DNA from: Roseibacillus sp.
Lineage (GTDB): Bacteria; Verrucomicrobiota; Verrucomicrobiia; Verrucomicrobiales; Akkermansiaceae
Length of the DNA: 64,000 nt
Reading direction: 5' to 3'
NCBI GenBank assembly: GCA_965242925.1
Contig: CBDEUM010000013.1
Coordinates: 128,001 to 192,000, forward strand
Shown here: positions 32,125 through 42,953 of the stretch, piece by piece
Layout: every line of letters begins with the position of its first letter
Numbering within the stretch: position 1 is the stretch's first letter
Notes under the pieces: model-generated
The model's database searches: none
What the model was told of the DNA's origin: nothing
What the model saw: only the letters and a program-made list of their open reading frames with translations
Position numbers and translations under genes: made by a program

Positions 32125-35100
32125 ATGCTCAACCACCTCATCAGATTCAGCCTCGCCCAGCGTGCCACCGTAGTGGCCCTCGCCCTGGTGACGCTGGGAC
32201 TGGGTGTGAAGAAGGCGACCGAACTACCCGTCGAGGTCCTCCCGGACCTGACACGGCCTACGGTGACAATTCTCACCGAGGCTCCCGGATACGCACCCGA
32301 GGAAGTGGAAACCCGCATCACGGTCCCACTGGAAAAGGCCCTCATGGGTGTCTCCGGGGTCACCCGCCTGCGCACCACCAACGACATCTCGCTCTCCCTC
32401 ATCTTCGTCGAGTTCGCCTGGGATGCCGATCTCTCCACGGCCCGCAACGATGTGCAGGCGCGCCTCTCCAGCGCGCCCGAGTATCTCCCTGACGGCATTT
32501 TCCCCTACATGACCCCGGCCACCTCCCTGATGGGTGACATCATGTTGATCGGTCTGCGCGATCCAACCGGCACCACCGCGACACGGGATCTGCGTACCCT
32601 CGCGGAATGGCACGTCGGCCGCCGCATCCAATCCATCCCCGGGGTAGCCGAAGTCCTCTCCATGGGCGGCGGGGTGAAGCAGATCCAGGTTCAACCCGAC
32701 CCGGAACGCATGCTGGCCCTCGGGGTGACCTTTGAAGAGGTGCGGGATGCCGCCGCCCATTCCATCCGGAACACCACGGGGGGATTCCTCACTGAACAAT
32801 TGCAGGAAATCATGGTCCGCAACCTGGCGATGACCACCGATCTCAACGAAATTGCTGAGACGGTCGTCTCCGACAAGAACGATCGAACCATCCAGATCAA
32901 GGATGTGGCCCGGGTGGTGTGGGACCTGGAACCGATGCGGGGAGACGCCGGGATGGGAACCAAGGGGGGTCAGGAACACCTCGACACTCCACCCCGGGGT
33001 AGCGATGGAGTTATACTCACCGTGCGCAAGGCCCCCGACTTCGACACCATCGCGCTCACCCGGCGCATCGAAAAGGCGATGGAGGAACTGCGACCTACCC
33101 TGCCCGAGGGAGCGGAACTACTCACCATTTACCGCCAGCAGGACTACATCAACCTTGCCATGGAGAACCTTGAGCACGCCCTGCGAGACGGAGCCATCAT
33201 GGTGGGCGCCATCCTCCTGCTCTTCCTGCTCAACCTCCGCATCACCCTCATTACCCTCACTGCCATCCCGCTTTCCCTGGCCATCACCATTCTCGTTTTT
33301 GACCTCTTTGATCTCAGTGTCAACTCGATGACCCTTGGTGGACTGGCGGTGGCCATCGGGATGGTGGTGGATGACGCCATCGTGGACGTCGAAAACGTCT
33401 TCCGCCGACTTCGCGAAAATGCCCGACTCGATTCCCCTCTCCCCCGTCTTGAGGTAATTGCGCGGGCTTCCACGGAAGTGCGTTCCTCCATCCTCTTTGC
33501 CACCCTCCTCGTCATCCTGGTTTTCGTTCCGCTCCTCGCACTGAGTGGAGTGGAAGGGCGCCTCTTCGCCCCCATCGCGGTTGCCACCATCGTCAGCATG
33601 GCGGCTTCCTTCCTGGTCTCCCTCACCATCATTCCCGTCCTCAGCTCCTACCTCCTGGCCCCGAAACCCGGCCGCCCTCACCGGGATAACCTCTTTGTCC
33701 GTGGCCTCAAGGAGCTCTTTGAACTGGCCTGGCTCCGCCCCGCCCTCTCGCAGCCCTTCGTCCTCTTCGCCCTCATCGGATTGCTGCTCTCCCTGAGCGC
33801 CTCCACTGTCACCAAGATGGGCCGGGCCTTCCTCCCGTCCTTCCGCGAACCCACCGCGGTGGTGGCCACCACCACTGCGCCGGGCACTTCCCTCCGGACC
33901 ACCACCGATCTCTCCCGGACCGCCCAGGACCTCCTTCTCGCCATCCCCGGTATCGAAACGGTCGGTTTCCGGGTGGGACGAGCCGAACGCGGCGACCACG
34001 TCGTACCGGTATCGAGTGTCGAATTTGACGTCGCCTTCAACGAGTATGGGAAGACACACCGGCAGGAGACACTCGAGCAGGTACGTTCCACCATGAAAGG
34101 TATTCCCGGCACCTTCAGCGCCATGAGCAGCCCCCTTGCCGACCGGGTCGGGCACATGCTGAGCGGAATCTCGGCCAAGATCGCCATCAAGATCTACGGT
34201 GATGACCTCCAGGAACTGCGCCGGATCGGTTCCCGGATTACCGAGCTGGCCCGGGGCATCCCCTCGCTGGAAGAAGCACGCATGGAGCAACAGGCCCCCA
34301 TCCCCCAGCTCCGCATCGAGCCCAATCGCCGGCGCGCCGCCGCCTATGCTGTGAATCCCGGTGCCATTACCGAGGAACTGGCGGCCATGATGGGTGGGGA
34401 AATCGTGGGAACCGCCTACGAAGACCAGCGCGTCTACGACCTGGTGGTTCGCCTGCCGCTGGAGTGGCGGGAAAACCCCGAACGCCTTGCCAGTCTCTAC
34501 ATCGACACCAAGGGCGGCAACCGTATCCCCCTCAGCTACGTCGCCGACCTTCGGCAGGCCAACGGTCCGAACACCATCATGCGCGAAAACGGGCTCCGCC
34601 GTTTCGTGGTCTCCATCAACCCGACCGGCGAGGACCTCACGGGCGCAGTGGAGGAATTGCGGCGCCAGATCGCCACATCCGTGAAACCCAATCTCCCCAA
34701 GGGATACGAGATCCGGATCGAGGGCGAATACCAGGCTGAACAACAAGCCCGGGAGACCATCTTCTTCTGGTCCATCATCATCCTCACCGCCATCACCTTC
34801 CTCCTTCTCGGGTATTTCCAGAGCTTCAAGCTCGTTCTCCTCGTCCTCACCACCATTCCCATTTCCCTCATCGGGGCCATTCTCTACACCCGCCTCGCAC
34901 TGGACAACATCAGCATCGCCACCCTGGTGGGATTCATTGCCATTGCCGGCATCGCGGCCCGCAACAATATCATGATGATCTCCCACTACCTCCACCTCAT
35001 GCGCCATGAGGGAGAGAACTTCACCCGCAACATGGTGATCCGCGGAACGCGGGAGCGACTCGTTCCCATCCTCATGACCGCCCTCTCTGCGGGCATCGCC

Positions 35101-35289
35101 CTCGTCCCGCTCATCTGGGCCGGCCAGGAACCGGGCAAGGAGATCCTCTACCCGGTAGCGATCGTCATCCTGGGTGGCCTCGTCAGCTCTACCATTCTTG
35201 GCTTGGCTGCCACTCCGGCCCTCTTCTACACTTTCTGCCGCCGGACCGCGGAAAAAGTCATTGCCAGGGAGGCTCCCGCCACCCACTAA
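32125..35289 (+). CDS. czcA: Heavy-metal efflux RND permease (CzcA/CusA family)
   Basis: 1054 aa; PVEVLPDL, APEEVE, NSMTLGGLAVAIGMVVDDAIVDVEN, RLVPILMTA. Confidence 0.9.
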   Translation: MLNHLIRFSLAQRATVVALALVTLGLGVKKATELPVEVLPDLTRPTVTILTEAPGYAPEEVETRITVPLEKALMGVSGVTRLRTTNDISLSLIFVEFAWDADLSTARNDVQARLSSAPEYLPDGIFPYMTPATSLMGDIMLIGLRDPTGTTATRDLRTLAEWHVGRRIQSIPGVAEVLSMGGGVKQIQVQPDPERMLALGVTFEEVRDAAAHSIRNTTGGFLTEQLQEIMVRNLAMTTDLNEIAETVVSDKNDRTIQIKDVARVVWDLEPMRGDAGMGTKGGQEHLDTPPRGSDGVILTVRKAPDFDTIALTRRIEKAMEELRPTLPEGAELLTIYRQQDYINLAMENLEHALRDGAIMVGAILLLFLLNLRITLITLTAIPLSLAITILVFDLFDLSVNSMTLGGLAVAIGMVVDDAIVDVENVFRRLRENARLDSPLPRLEVIARASTEVRSSILFATLLVILVFVPLLALSGVEGRLFAPIAVATIVSMAASFLVSLTIIPVLSSYLLAPKPGRPHRDNLFVRGLKELFELAWLRPALSQPFVLFALIGLLLSLSASTVTKMGRAFLPSFREPTAVVATTTAPGTSLRTTTDLSRTAQDLLLAIPGIETVGFRVGRAERGDHVVPVSSVEFDVAFNEYGKTHRQETLEQVRSTMKGIPGTFSAMSSPLADRVGHMLSGISAKIAIKIYGDDLQELRRIGSRITELARGIPSLEEARMEQQAPIPQLRIEPNRRRAAAYAVNPGAITEELAAMMGGEIVGTAYEDQRVYDLVVRLPLEWRENPERLASLYIDTKGGNRIPLSYVADLRQANGPNTIMRENGLRRFVVSINPTGEDLTGAVEELRRQIATSVKPNLPKGYEIRIEGEYQAEQQARETIFFWSIIILTAITFLLLGYFQSFKLVLLVLTTIPISLIGAILYTRLALDNISIATLVGFIAIAGIAARNNIMMISHYLHLMRHEGENFTRNMVIRGTRERLVPILMTALSAGIALVPLIWAGQEPGKEILYPVAIVILGGLVSSTILGLAATPALFYTFCRRTAEKVIAREAPATH

Positions 35290-35364
35290 ATCCAATCACC
35301 GAATATCTTCTCCCGGGAAAACGTCAAAGAAGTATCACCTCCATCACGCTAGCCACAAAGAACC

Positions 35365-35895
35365 ATGAAGAACCTTCCCCGCATTCGCACTTTCCGCAGA
35401 GCAACCTTTCTGGCTGCCCTCTGCCTCGGCGCCCTTATCCAGCCCGGGTGGACCGGGAAGGAAGACAAAAAACATGACCATCACCACGCCAGGAAGGCAG
35501 GCCCAAACGGTGGCAGGGTCCTCCACGAAGTGCATCCCCACGCCGAACTCCTTGTGACCAAGGACCGCAAGCTCCAGCTCACCTTCCTTACCGAAAAGGG
35601 CAAGGCCACCGCACCCGGGGAACAGACCATGACCGTCATCTGCGGGAAGCGGACAAGCCCCACCCGCATGCGCTTCGCCAGGAAGGGGAATTCCTTTCTC
35701 TCTGACAAGGCACTCCCCAAGGGCCTGCGAATCCCCACCGTCATCCAGATCAAGATGGCGCCCGGGAAAAAATCCACCATCATCCGTCTTAACCTGGATC
35801 TGAAGGACTGCCCCGATTGCGACTCCCTGGAGTATGCCTGTGTCTGCCATCATCACGAACACGAGGAGAAGCCTGCGGCCAAACCAAAGAAGTAA
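35365..35895 (+). CDS. Exported His/Cys-rich metal-binding protein
   Basis: Signal peptide; HDHHH, GPNGGR..H..HAE, CPDC..YACVCHHHEH. Confidence 0.7.
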   Translation: MKNLPRIRTFRRATFLAALCLGALIQPGWTGKEDKKHDHHHARKAGPNGGRVLHEVHPHAELLVTKDRKLQLTFLTEKGKATAPGEQTMTVICGKRTSPTRMRFARKGNSFLSDKALPKGLRIPTVIQIKMAPGKKSTIIRLNLDLKDCPDCDSLEYACVCHHHEHEEKPAAKPKK

Positions 35896-35925
35896 CGGGA
35901 CATCCCCGGGCCATGGGTGAAGGGT

Positions 35926-36639
35926 TCAAGCCACCGCGCCGGCCCTGGCCTCACCCTGCACCCGGCGCACCAGGAAAATCGCCACCGCCAGACCGGCCGA
36001 GCCCATCACCATGGCCATCACCATGATCTGGTAGCGCACCGCTTCCATCGGATCCGCACCCGCAATGACCTGGCCTGTCATGATCCCGGGCAGCGCCACC
36101 AGCCCCACTGCCAGGAAGACATTCACCTGCGGGATGAGAGCCGCGTTCCAGGCCGTGTTGCGTGCATGCTCCGCGCTGCGTCCGCCTTCCCGTTCCGCAT
36201 CGTAGCGCTCCGCGCTCAGGGTCACCGCCGTCATGGCATTGGCAAAGATCATACCCGGGAGGCTGATGGCATACTTCGGCTCGTACCAGGGATCCACCGC
36301 GATCACCCCGAAGATGACGAGGACGTAGATCAACCCGCCCCCGATCCCTATGGCGAGCACCGCATCCCGGTAGGAGTCCCAACGCCTCACCCGGACGGTT
36401 CTGATCGCGATCCATGCGGAAACCACAATCATGAACACAACAACCCCGAGGGTCACCCACGGGCTGCGCACACCGAAGAGAAAACTGAGCAGATAGCCGA
36501 CAAGAAACAGCTGCACCACCATGCGTCCCGTCGCCACCGGGAGGATTCCGCGCCTGCCGCCCCAGCGACAGGAGATCCAGCCGACGAACAGAATTGGGAG
36601 AAGCGAGAGCGCAAGGCGCCCCAACGGGATCTCAATCAT
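35926..36639 (-). CDS. ABC permease of the UPF0014 / FetB (YbbM) family
   Basis: RMVVQLFLVGY, PWYEPKY, GMIFANAM, GLVALPGIMTGQVIAGADPMEAVRYQIM. Confidence 0.85.
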   Translation of the reverse strand: MIEIPLGRLALSLLPILFVGWISCRWGGRRGILPVATGRMVVQLFLVGYLLSFLFGVRSPWVTLGVVVFMIVVSAWIAIRTVRVRRWDSYRDAVLAIGIGGGLIYVLVIFGVIAVDPWYEPKYAISLPGMIFANAMTAVTLSAERYDAEREGGRSAEHARNTAWNAALIPQVNVFLAVGLVALPGIMTGQVIAGADPMEAVRYQIMVMAMVMGSAGLAVAIFLVRRVQGEARAGAVA

Positions 36640-36737
36640 GGCCGCATCTTCGGAAAGCATCCGGAACCGTGCAATCCTCATGAGAGGCGATATCTTGCTC
36701 GCATGTCACAGCGCTGCCCCGCACTGTCCCTCCCCTC

Positions 36738-37463
36738 ATGCCCCTCGACTACGAAGAGCTGGACTATCAGGAAACACCATTGGGGGCCCTCACTCTCCGG
36801 CGCCGGCGACTGCGGTCCCTCGACAATCTCGAAGTCTACGAGATCATCCTGGGAACCGGCTATCTCATGTCCAGCCTCTTCACCACGGTGGAGATCGCCC
36901 TCGCCGACCTTGCCCTCGCCCGCCTGCCGGCCAACAGCACTGATCTCTCCCTGGTGGTGGGAGGACTGGGCCTGGGATACACCGCGCGCGCTGCTCTCAA
37001 CGACGATCGTGTCGGGGAGCTTCTGGTGGTGGAAGCTCTTCCGGAGGTCATCGGGTGGCACGAGAGGGAAATGGTGCCGCTCGGACGCGAACTGCACCGC
37101 AACTCGCGCTGCCGTCTGATTGAAGGCGATTTCTTTGCCCTCGCTGCAGACCAGGGATTCGACCCGGACCGGCCCGGACGCCGCTTCCATGCCATTCTGC
37201 TGGATATCGATCACTCCCCCAGGAACCTGATCCACGAGCGACACCAGCCCTTCTACTCGCAGTCCGGCCTCCGTCATCTGCAATCCTTCCTCAATCCCGG
37301 GGGCGTCTTCGCAATGTGGTCCGACGATCCTCCCGACCCGGACTTTCAGTCCCTGCTGGACAACGTTTTCCCCACCACCGAGACCAGGATCGTCACCTTC
37401 CCCAATCCCCTGCAGGACCGTCAATCGGAGAGCACCGTCTACCTCGCTCAATGCGCACCCTGA
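36738..37463 (+). CDS. Spermidine-synthase-like class I SAM-dependent methyltransferase fold protein
   Basis: VVGGLGLGYT, ILLDIDHSP, PGGVFAMWS. Confidence 0.8.
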   Translation: MPLDYEELDYQETPLGALTLRRRRLRSLDNLEVYEIILGTGYLMSSLFTTVEIALADLALARLPANSTDLSLVVGGLGLGYTARAALNDDRVGELLVVEALPEVIGWHEREMVPLGRELHRNSRCRLIEGDFFALAADQGFDPDRPGRRFHAILLDIDHSPRNLIHERHQPFYSQSGLRHLQSFLNPGGVFAMWSDDPPDPDFQSLLDNVFPTTETRIVTFPNPLQDRQSESTVYLAQCAP

Positions 37464-38146
37464 AGCGTGCGCAGTCGAATATCATCAGTCAGGTCGCTTC
37501 CCAGCAGGCGCATCAGTTTACGAAGACGGTATCCACAGGATCGTGCCCCACCCACACCGCTCCCCTGAATCAGGATCCGGTTGTAGTAGCTCTCAAACTC
37601 CACCACCACTCCCGGACCCACCCGGCTGGCTGCGATCAGGTCATCCCAGGAGATCCCCGGCGTGGGCAGAAGATTGCTGATGACAACCCCGCTTTTCTTC
37701 ACCCTCTTCCGCATCAACGGGGGCAGATCGATCCACGAGGCCCCGGGTTTCACCACATCGCCCTCCAGGGGCACGGAAAGATCCTCCACGATCACGTCGA
37801 AAAGGGGCCGCTGACGCCGCATCCATGCCACTGCATCTTCGGGGTGGAACCGCACCACTCCGCTCCAGTCCGCGGCCACCTCCCGGAAGACTTCAAAGCC
37901 CTCCACCCAGAGATCCACCCCTTCCACTTCCTGTTCACACCCGATAGCACGCATGGCTCCCACCATTCCTCCCGCTGCAAACCCCAACAGGGCCATGCGG
38001 GACCCCGGGGCAAAGAGCCGCACCGCACAGGCCAGTACATCCCAGACACTGTGCGTCGGCCCCGGGGAGCGGGGAAGTTCACACAGCACGCATCCATTCT
38101 CCTCGATCCTGACACCGTCCCCATGATGTCTGATTCGCGTCCCCAT
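37448..38146 (-). CDS. Second spermidine-synthase-like / SAM-binding protein
   Basis: ALLGFAAGG, EGVDL, EDAVAW, FDVIVEDL. Confidence 0.65.
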   Translation of the reverse strand: MGTRIRHHGDGVRIEENGCVLCELPRSPGPTHSVWDVLACAVRLFAPGSRMALLGFAAGGMVGAMRAIGCEQEVEGVDLWVEGFEVFREVAADWSGVVRFHPEDAVAWMRRQRPLFDVIVEDLSVPLEGDVVKPGASWIDLPPLMRKRVKKSGVVISNLLPTPGISWDDLIAASRVGPGVVVEFESYYNRILIQGSGVGGARSCGYRLRKLMRLLGSDLTDDIRLRTLQGAH

Positions 38147-38190
38147 CCCATCCGCCTCCCGTTCTTCCGGCCACGACCGCGCCGCCACGG

Positions 38191-39762
38191 TCAACTCCGC
38201 GCCCCATCCACAATACGCGAGATTTCCAGCGGGTTATCCTCCTGTAATTCCGTCGGCAGGAGATGATCGGGGAAATCCTGCCAGCACACGAGCCTGGTGA
38301 AACGCGTGATGGACCGCGGACCCACCGAGGTCGAGCGTCCATCGGAAGTCGCGGGCACCGGTCCTCCGTGCACCATCCCGTGACACACTTCCACACCGGT
38401 GGGATAGCCATTGTAGATCAGGCGACCCGCCTTGCGCTCGAGCACGTCGATGAGCTTTGCGAACACCTCGCGGTCCTCCCCGGTGGCATGCACGGTGGCG
38501 GTTAGCTGCCCTTCCAGGCTCTCCGCAACACCCAGCATCGCTTCTTCGTCCCCTGCTTCGATCATCAGGGTGGCTGGGCCGAACATCTCATCCGCCATGG
38601 AGTGATCGGCCAGGAATGCGTCCGCACTTGATCCCAGCACGACCGCCCCGGCCGCGCTGTTTCCGGCATCGGATTCCACCCGGGCCAGCGACTCCACCCC
38701 TTCCTTGGAAATCATCGTATCCACCGCCTCGTGATAAGCTGAGGCAATACCCTCGTGCAGCATGGTGGCTGGTGCGGTCTCGGCAGCCAGGGAGGCCACC
38801 CGCTCCGCAAAAGCACTACGCCCTTCCCTGCCGGAGATCAACAATCCCGGATTGGTGCAGAACTGCCCGACTCCCAGGGTGAGCGATCCCACGAATCCTT
38901 CCGCAATCGCCTCGCCTCGCTCCTGCAGTGCCCCCGGCAGGACGAAGACCGGGTTCACCGCGCTCATCTCGGCCCAGACCGGGATCGGTTCCGGTCGCGC
39001 CGCCGCGGTGTCCATCAAGGCACGTCCTCCCGCCCGTGATCCGGTGAAGCCCACCGCCTTGATCGCCGAATGTCTCACCAGGGCCTGGCCAATGGTCCGC
39101 CCACTCCCGTAGAGCAGGGCAAAGACCCCGTCCGGCACTCCACACCTGGTCACTGCGGCACGCACCGCAGCCCCCACGATCTCCGCCGTGCCGGGATGCG
39201 ATCCGTGCGCTTTCACGATCACCGGGCAACCCGCCGCCAGGGCACTGGCGGTGTCGCCCCCTGCCACAGAGTAGGCCAGGGGAAAATTGCTGGCACAGAA
39301 CACCACTACCGGTCCGACCGGACGCCACATCGAGCGACAGTCGGGTTTAGGCACCGGTGCCCGCCCGGGATCGGCATGGTCAATGCGCGCGTCCACCCAC
39401 GATCCCTCCTCAAGGAGATCGGCAAAGAGCCTCAACTGAAAACAAGTCCGGCCCTTCTCCATGCGGCAGCGTCCCTCCGGCAAAGCCGTCTCCACCGTCA
39501 TGCGCGCCACAATCTCCTCCTCTACTGCATCGATCTCATCAGCAATGGTCCGCAGGAAGGCAGCCTTCTCCCGTCCGCTCCTCCCACGGTAGTCCTCAAA
39601 GGCCTCCGCCGCCAACCGGCAGACCGCCTCCACCGTCTCCTCTCCCTCCGCGTGGTAAACGGGATCCAGTTTCTCTCCCGACACGGGGTTGACCGCCCGG
39701 GCCTCCCCTGCTCCACCGGTTCCCCGGCCCGCTCCGATGAATGACGTTCCCTGCAGATCCAT
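38191..39762 (-). CDS. Aldehyde dehydrogenase (NADP+), alpha-ketoglutaric semialdehyde dehydrogenase type
   Basis: ASNFPLAYS, GFTGS, AEMS, GQFCTNPG, GRLIYNGYPTGVEV; adjacent to hydroxyproline genes. Confidence 0.9.
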   Translation of the reverse strand: MDLQGTSFIGAGRGTGGAGEARAVNPVSGEKLDPVYHAEGEETVEAVCRLAAEAFEDYRGRSGREKAAFLRTIADEIDAVEEEIVARMTVETALPEGRCRMEKGRTCFQLRLFADLLEEGSWVDARIDHADPGRAPVPKPDCRSMWRPVGPVVVFCASNFPLAYSVAGGDTASALAAGCPVIVKAHGSHPGTAEIVGAAVRAAVTRCGVPDGVFALLYGSGRTIGQALVRHSAIKAVGFTGSRAGGRALMDTAAARPEPIPVWAEMSAVNPVFVLPGALQERGEAIAEGFVGSLTLGVGQFCTNPGLLISGREGRSAFAERVASLAAETAPATMLHEGIASAYHEAVDTMISKEGVESLARVESDAGNSAAGAVVLGSSADAFLADHSMADEMFGPATLMIEAGDEEAMLGVAESLEGQLTATVHATGEDREVFAKLIDVLERKAGRLIYNGYPTGVEVCHGMVHGGPVPATSDGRSTSVGPRSITRFTRLVCWQDFPDHLLPTELQEDNPLEISRIVDGARS

Positions 39763-39829
39763 GTCGGAAATGTTCTAACCGCGCTCGGGGCGGTCCGCAA
39801 AAGCAAATTGACGCGAAACAGCAGGTGGA

Positions 39830-39858
39830 TTGACCAGCCTTACGGCATCCCCTATAGC
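39830..39858 (+). promoter_or_regulatory. Sigma70-like promoter
   Basis: TTGACC-N17-TATAGC upstream of ATG 39896. Confidence 0.45.
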
Positions 39859-39895
39859 AGGGCTGCGCCGCGCCAAGAACCCGTGGCAGTTTTCC

Positions 39896-40840
39896 ATGAA
39901 GATCATTGGCCCTGAAGAAGTCCACGCCGCCCTCAGTTATCCAGCCCTCATTGATGCCCTGCAGGAGACCTTCTCCGGTGAATTCACCATGCCCCCGCGC
40001 AATGTCTTCCCGCTGGATGAGAATTCCGACAACCACGATGCCTTTGCCGTGCTGCCCTCCTGGAACACCTCGCTCATCGGGGTCAAGGCCTTCACCTACT
40101 TCCCCAGCAACCAGGAACCCTACAAGTCACTCTACTCGAAAATCCTTCTCTTCGACCGCGCCCATGGCGAACCCCTTGCCCTCGTTGATGGCACCACCGT
40201 CACCTTCTGGCGCACAGCCGGGATTTCCGGCCTGGCCACCCGCCTCCTCGCTCGCGAGGACGCGGATACTCTTCTTCTCCTGGGCACCGGCAATCTGGCA
40301 AGCTACATCATCCGCGCCAATGCCAGCGTGCGTCCGCTGAAGCGTATCCTCGTCTGGGGTCGCACGCCCTCCAATGCCCGGAAGGTCGTGGACCGGATGG
40401 ACGCTGAACTCGACGGTATCGAAATCTCGGTCGCAGATGATCTCCAGGACGCCTGCGGACAGGCCGACATCATCGTGAGCGCAACCGCTTCCCACCAGCC
40501 CCTCGTAGAGGGCGACTGGGTAAAGGAGGGAACTCACACCGACTTCATCGGCAATCACCATGCCGACAAGCGCGAGTGCGACACCGCCCTGATCCTCAAG
40601 TCCAGAGTCTACGCCGACAGCTATGCAAACTGCTTCAAGGAAGCCGGTGAGGTGCTCGTCCCCATCTCCGAGGGCGTGTTCAACAAGGAAGACGTTGTCG
40701 CGGATCTCTCCGAAATGTGCGCTGGATCAGCTCCCCTTCGCCAGAGCGATGCCCAGATCACCCTCTTCAAGTCCATTGGCATGGGCATCAGTGACCTCGT
40801 GGGTGCCGGCCTGGCCTATCAGGTCGCCAGCGAAAGCTAG
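39896..40840 (+). CDS. Ornithine cyclodeaminase/mu-crystallin family protein, likely Delta1-pyrroline-2-carboxylate reductase (LhpI-like)
   Basis: DGTTVTFWRTA, GTGNLA, EAGE, TLFKSIGMGISDL. Confidence 0.85.
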   Translation: MKIIGPEEVHAALSYPALIDALQETFSGEFTMPPRNVFPLDENSDNHDAFAVLPSWNTSLIGVKAFTYFPSNQEPYKSLYSKILLFDRAHGEPLALVDGTTVTFWRTAGISGLATRLLAREDADTLLLLGTGNLASYIIRANASVRPLKRILVWGRTPSNARKVVDRMDAELDGIEISVADDLQDACGQADIIVSATASHQPLVEGDWVKEGTHTDFIGNHHADKRECDTALILKSRVYADSYANCFKEAGEVLVPISEGVFNKEDVVADLSEMCAGSAPLRQSDAQITLFKSIGMGISDLVGAGLAYQVASES

Positions 40841-40941
40841 GGGTGTCCCCGTTCGCCCCACTCGGGCGTTGCAACGCCCTTCTTCCGCTCCGCGCGGGGA
40901 AGAACACATCACGAACACGACCGGGGGCCTCGCCTCCAGGC

Positions 40942-41841
40942 TCATTGCGGCCGCGTCTCGACACACCGGTGCACGATGGAGAGAACCTGCTCCCGCTCCT
41001 CACCCACCAGCGGAAGGCGGGGCGCCCGCACCGTCTCCGTTCCATAGCCCAGGGTGGCACAGGTCAGCTTGATATACTGTACCAGCTTGGGGTGACTGTC
41101 GAAATGGAGCATGGGCATGTACCATCGGTAGACCTCCAGGGCCCGGGCATGGTCCCCCGCCATGAAGGCATCCCAGAGCAGGCGGTTCTCGCGGGGGAAA
41201 GCATCAACCAGGCCGGAAATCCACCCGGTACACCCGAGCACGAAACTTTCCAGGGCCACATCGTCGAGTCCGGCGAAAATCAGATAGCGGTCACCCAGAG
41301 CATTGAAGAGGTCGGTGACTCGCCGCACATCGCCCGAGGCCTCCTTGATGCAGACGATGTTCTCTACATCCTCCATCTCCTTGAACATCTCCGGGGTGAT
41401 GTCGACCCGGTAGACCGGCGGGTTGTTGTAGCACATGATCGGCAAACAGGTGGATGCTGCCACGGATCGAAAATGCTGCACCGTCTCCCGCCCGTCCGAG
41501 TTGTAGACCATCCCGGGCATTACCATGAGTCCGTCCACTCCCGCCGCCTCGGCAGCCTGGGCCGTGTCGCAAGCATTCCTGGTGGTGAACTCCGCCACTC
41601 CGTTGAGCACCGGAAGCCGGCCGTCAGCCACCTCGACCGCCGCTTCCAGGACCCTGATCTTCTCATCAAGCGACAGGGAACAGTTCTCTCCGATCGTTCC
41701 CAGCATGATCAACCCGTGAACCCCTTCCCTGATCAGGGCCTCGATGTGCTCCTGCGTAGCCGGGAGGTTAAGGGAGAAATCCTCGTGGAACTGGGTGGGA
41801 ACGGCAGGAAAAACCCCGGTCCAGTCTACTTGCAGTGGCAT
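40942..41841 (-). CDS. DHDPS-family protein, likely Delta1-pyrroline-4-hydroxy-2-carboxylate deaminase
   Basis: GVFPAVPTQF, GTIGE, YNNP, IKEASGD, GWISGL..AFP. Confidence 0.88.
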   Translation of the reverse strand: MPLQVDWTGVFPAVPTQFHEDFSLNLPATQEHIEALIREGVHGLIMLGTIGENCSLSLDEKIRVLEAAVEVADGRLPVLNGVAEFTTRNACDTAQAAEAAGVDGLMVMPGMVYNSDGRETVQHFRSVAASTCLPIMCYNNPPVYRVDITPEMFKEMEDVENIVCIKEASGDVRRVTDLFNALGDRYLIFAGLDDVALESFVLGCTGWISGLVDAFPRENRLLWDAFMAGDHARALEVYRWYMPMLHFDSHPKLVQYIKLTCATLGYGTETVRAPRLPLVGEEREQVLSIVHRCVETRPQ

Positions 41842-41905
41842 GGCCGGAGATAGAACCTGCCCTTCCGGTATTCGTCAAGTTCGCGCTCACAAACAGGACA
41901 TCGAC

Positions 41906-42862
41906 TTACGCCCCGCCCACTCCAAAACGGAACGGATCCAGGGGATCAACGACCAGAGTAGACTCTGCGTTGACCCAGGCCGATCCGCTGATCCTCGGGA
42001 TTACCATGCCATTATCCAGCGGCCTCACTGATCCTTCGAACACGGTGCCAAGGATGCTGGCCTGCCGCCAGATCCGGTCCACCGCCAGGTCCCCGTCGGC
42101 ATACAGGCAGGCCAGTTTCGCACTCGTACCCGTTCCGCACGGCGAACGGTCATACTCCCTGCCGGGGCACAGAACGAAATTCCTGCTGTCTGCCACCCCG
42201 GGATCATCCGGCGGACCGAATACTTCGATGTGGTCTATTTCACCACCCTCTCTGCCGGTGATCTTGTTCTTCACCAGAACCTGCCGCACCGCCCAGGTGA
42301 AATCGGTGAGCGCCTCGATATTCTCAGGTGACACCTTCGGACCCTGGTCCTTGATCAGGAAAAACCAATTTCCTCCCCATGCCACCTCGCCGGTCACCAT
42401 GCCCCACTCCGGCACCTCCACGGACACCTCCCTGGCATGGCGGTAACTTGCCACGTTCTCCACCGAGACGCGCCCGTGATCGTGCAGTTGCACTTCCACC
42501 ACACCCACCGGAGTTTCGATTCGATGCTCCCCGGGCGAGAGCCGTCCAAGGTGAGCGAGGGTGACTGTCACCCCGATAGTCCCGTGCACACAGCCCTGCA
42601 GCAATCCCACATTGTTGAAGAAGATCACGCCCGTGGCACAATCCGGCTCGCTTGGTTCGCAGAGGATTGCGCCCACCATCGCATCGTAACCCCGCGGCTC
42701 GTTGACACAGGCGGTCCGCACCCAGTCGTGCTCCCTGCCCAGGCGTTCGCGCTTCTCCGCCACCGAACCCTCCCCAAGATCGGGACCCCCCTCGACCACC
42801 ACCCGCGTGGGCTCTCCCGCGGTGTGGGAGTCAATCACGCGCAACTTTCGGATGCCGGTCAT
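41906..42862 (-). CDS. Proline racemase family protein, likely 4-hydroxyproline 2-epimerase
   Basis: [40 protein letters not shown]. Confidence 0.9.
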   Translation of the reverse strand: MTGIRKLRVIDSHTAGEPTRVVVEGGPDLGEGSVAEKRERLGREHDWVRTACVNEPRGYDAMVGAILCEPSEPDCATGVIFFNNVGLLQGCVHGTIGVTVTLAHLGRLSPGEHRIETPVGVVEVQLHDHGRVSVENVASYRHAREVSVEVPEWGMVTGEVAWGGNWFFLIKDQGPKVSPENIEALTDFTWAVRQVLVKNKITGREGGEIDHIEVFGPPDDPGVADSRNFVLCPGREYDRSPCGTGTSAKLACLYADGDLAVDRIWRQASILGTVFEGSVRPLDNGMVIPRISGSAWVNAESTLVVDPLDPFRFGVGGA

Positions 42863-42953
42863 GAAAGGTATCTGAATGATGATCGGCGGGGAGTCAAATC
42901 TGTCGATCGCTCGCGAGACCTGTCATACGGGAGAGACATCGTCCACCAGCTGT

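Noticed and set aside
30916..32127. In-frame TGA junctions czcC/czcB and czcB/czcA
   Set aside because: They separate complete, well-known proteins with their own N-terminal signals and show no SECIS-like stem.
33118..35295. Long antisense ORFs (e.g. 725 aa here, 50934-52877, 59161-61002, 56636-58216)
   Set aside because: Shadow ORFs opposite real genes, expected in high-GC DNA; no recognisable motifs.
10250..36700. Mobile element or genomic island boundaries around the metal-resistance genes
   Set aside because: No transposase, integrase, tRNA or flanking direct repeats seen, and no obvious compositional shift by eye.
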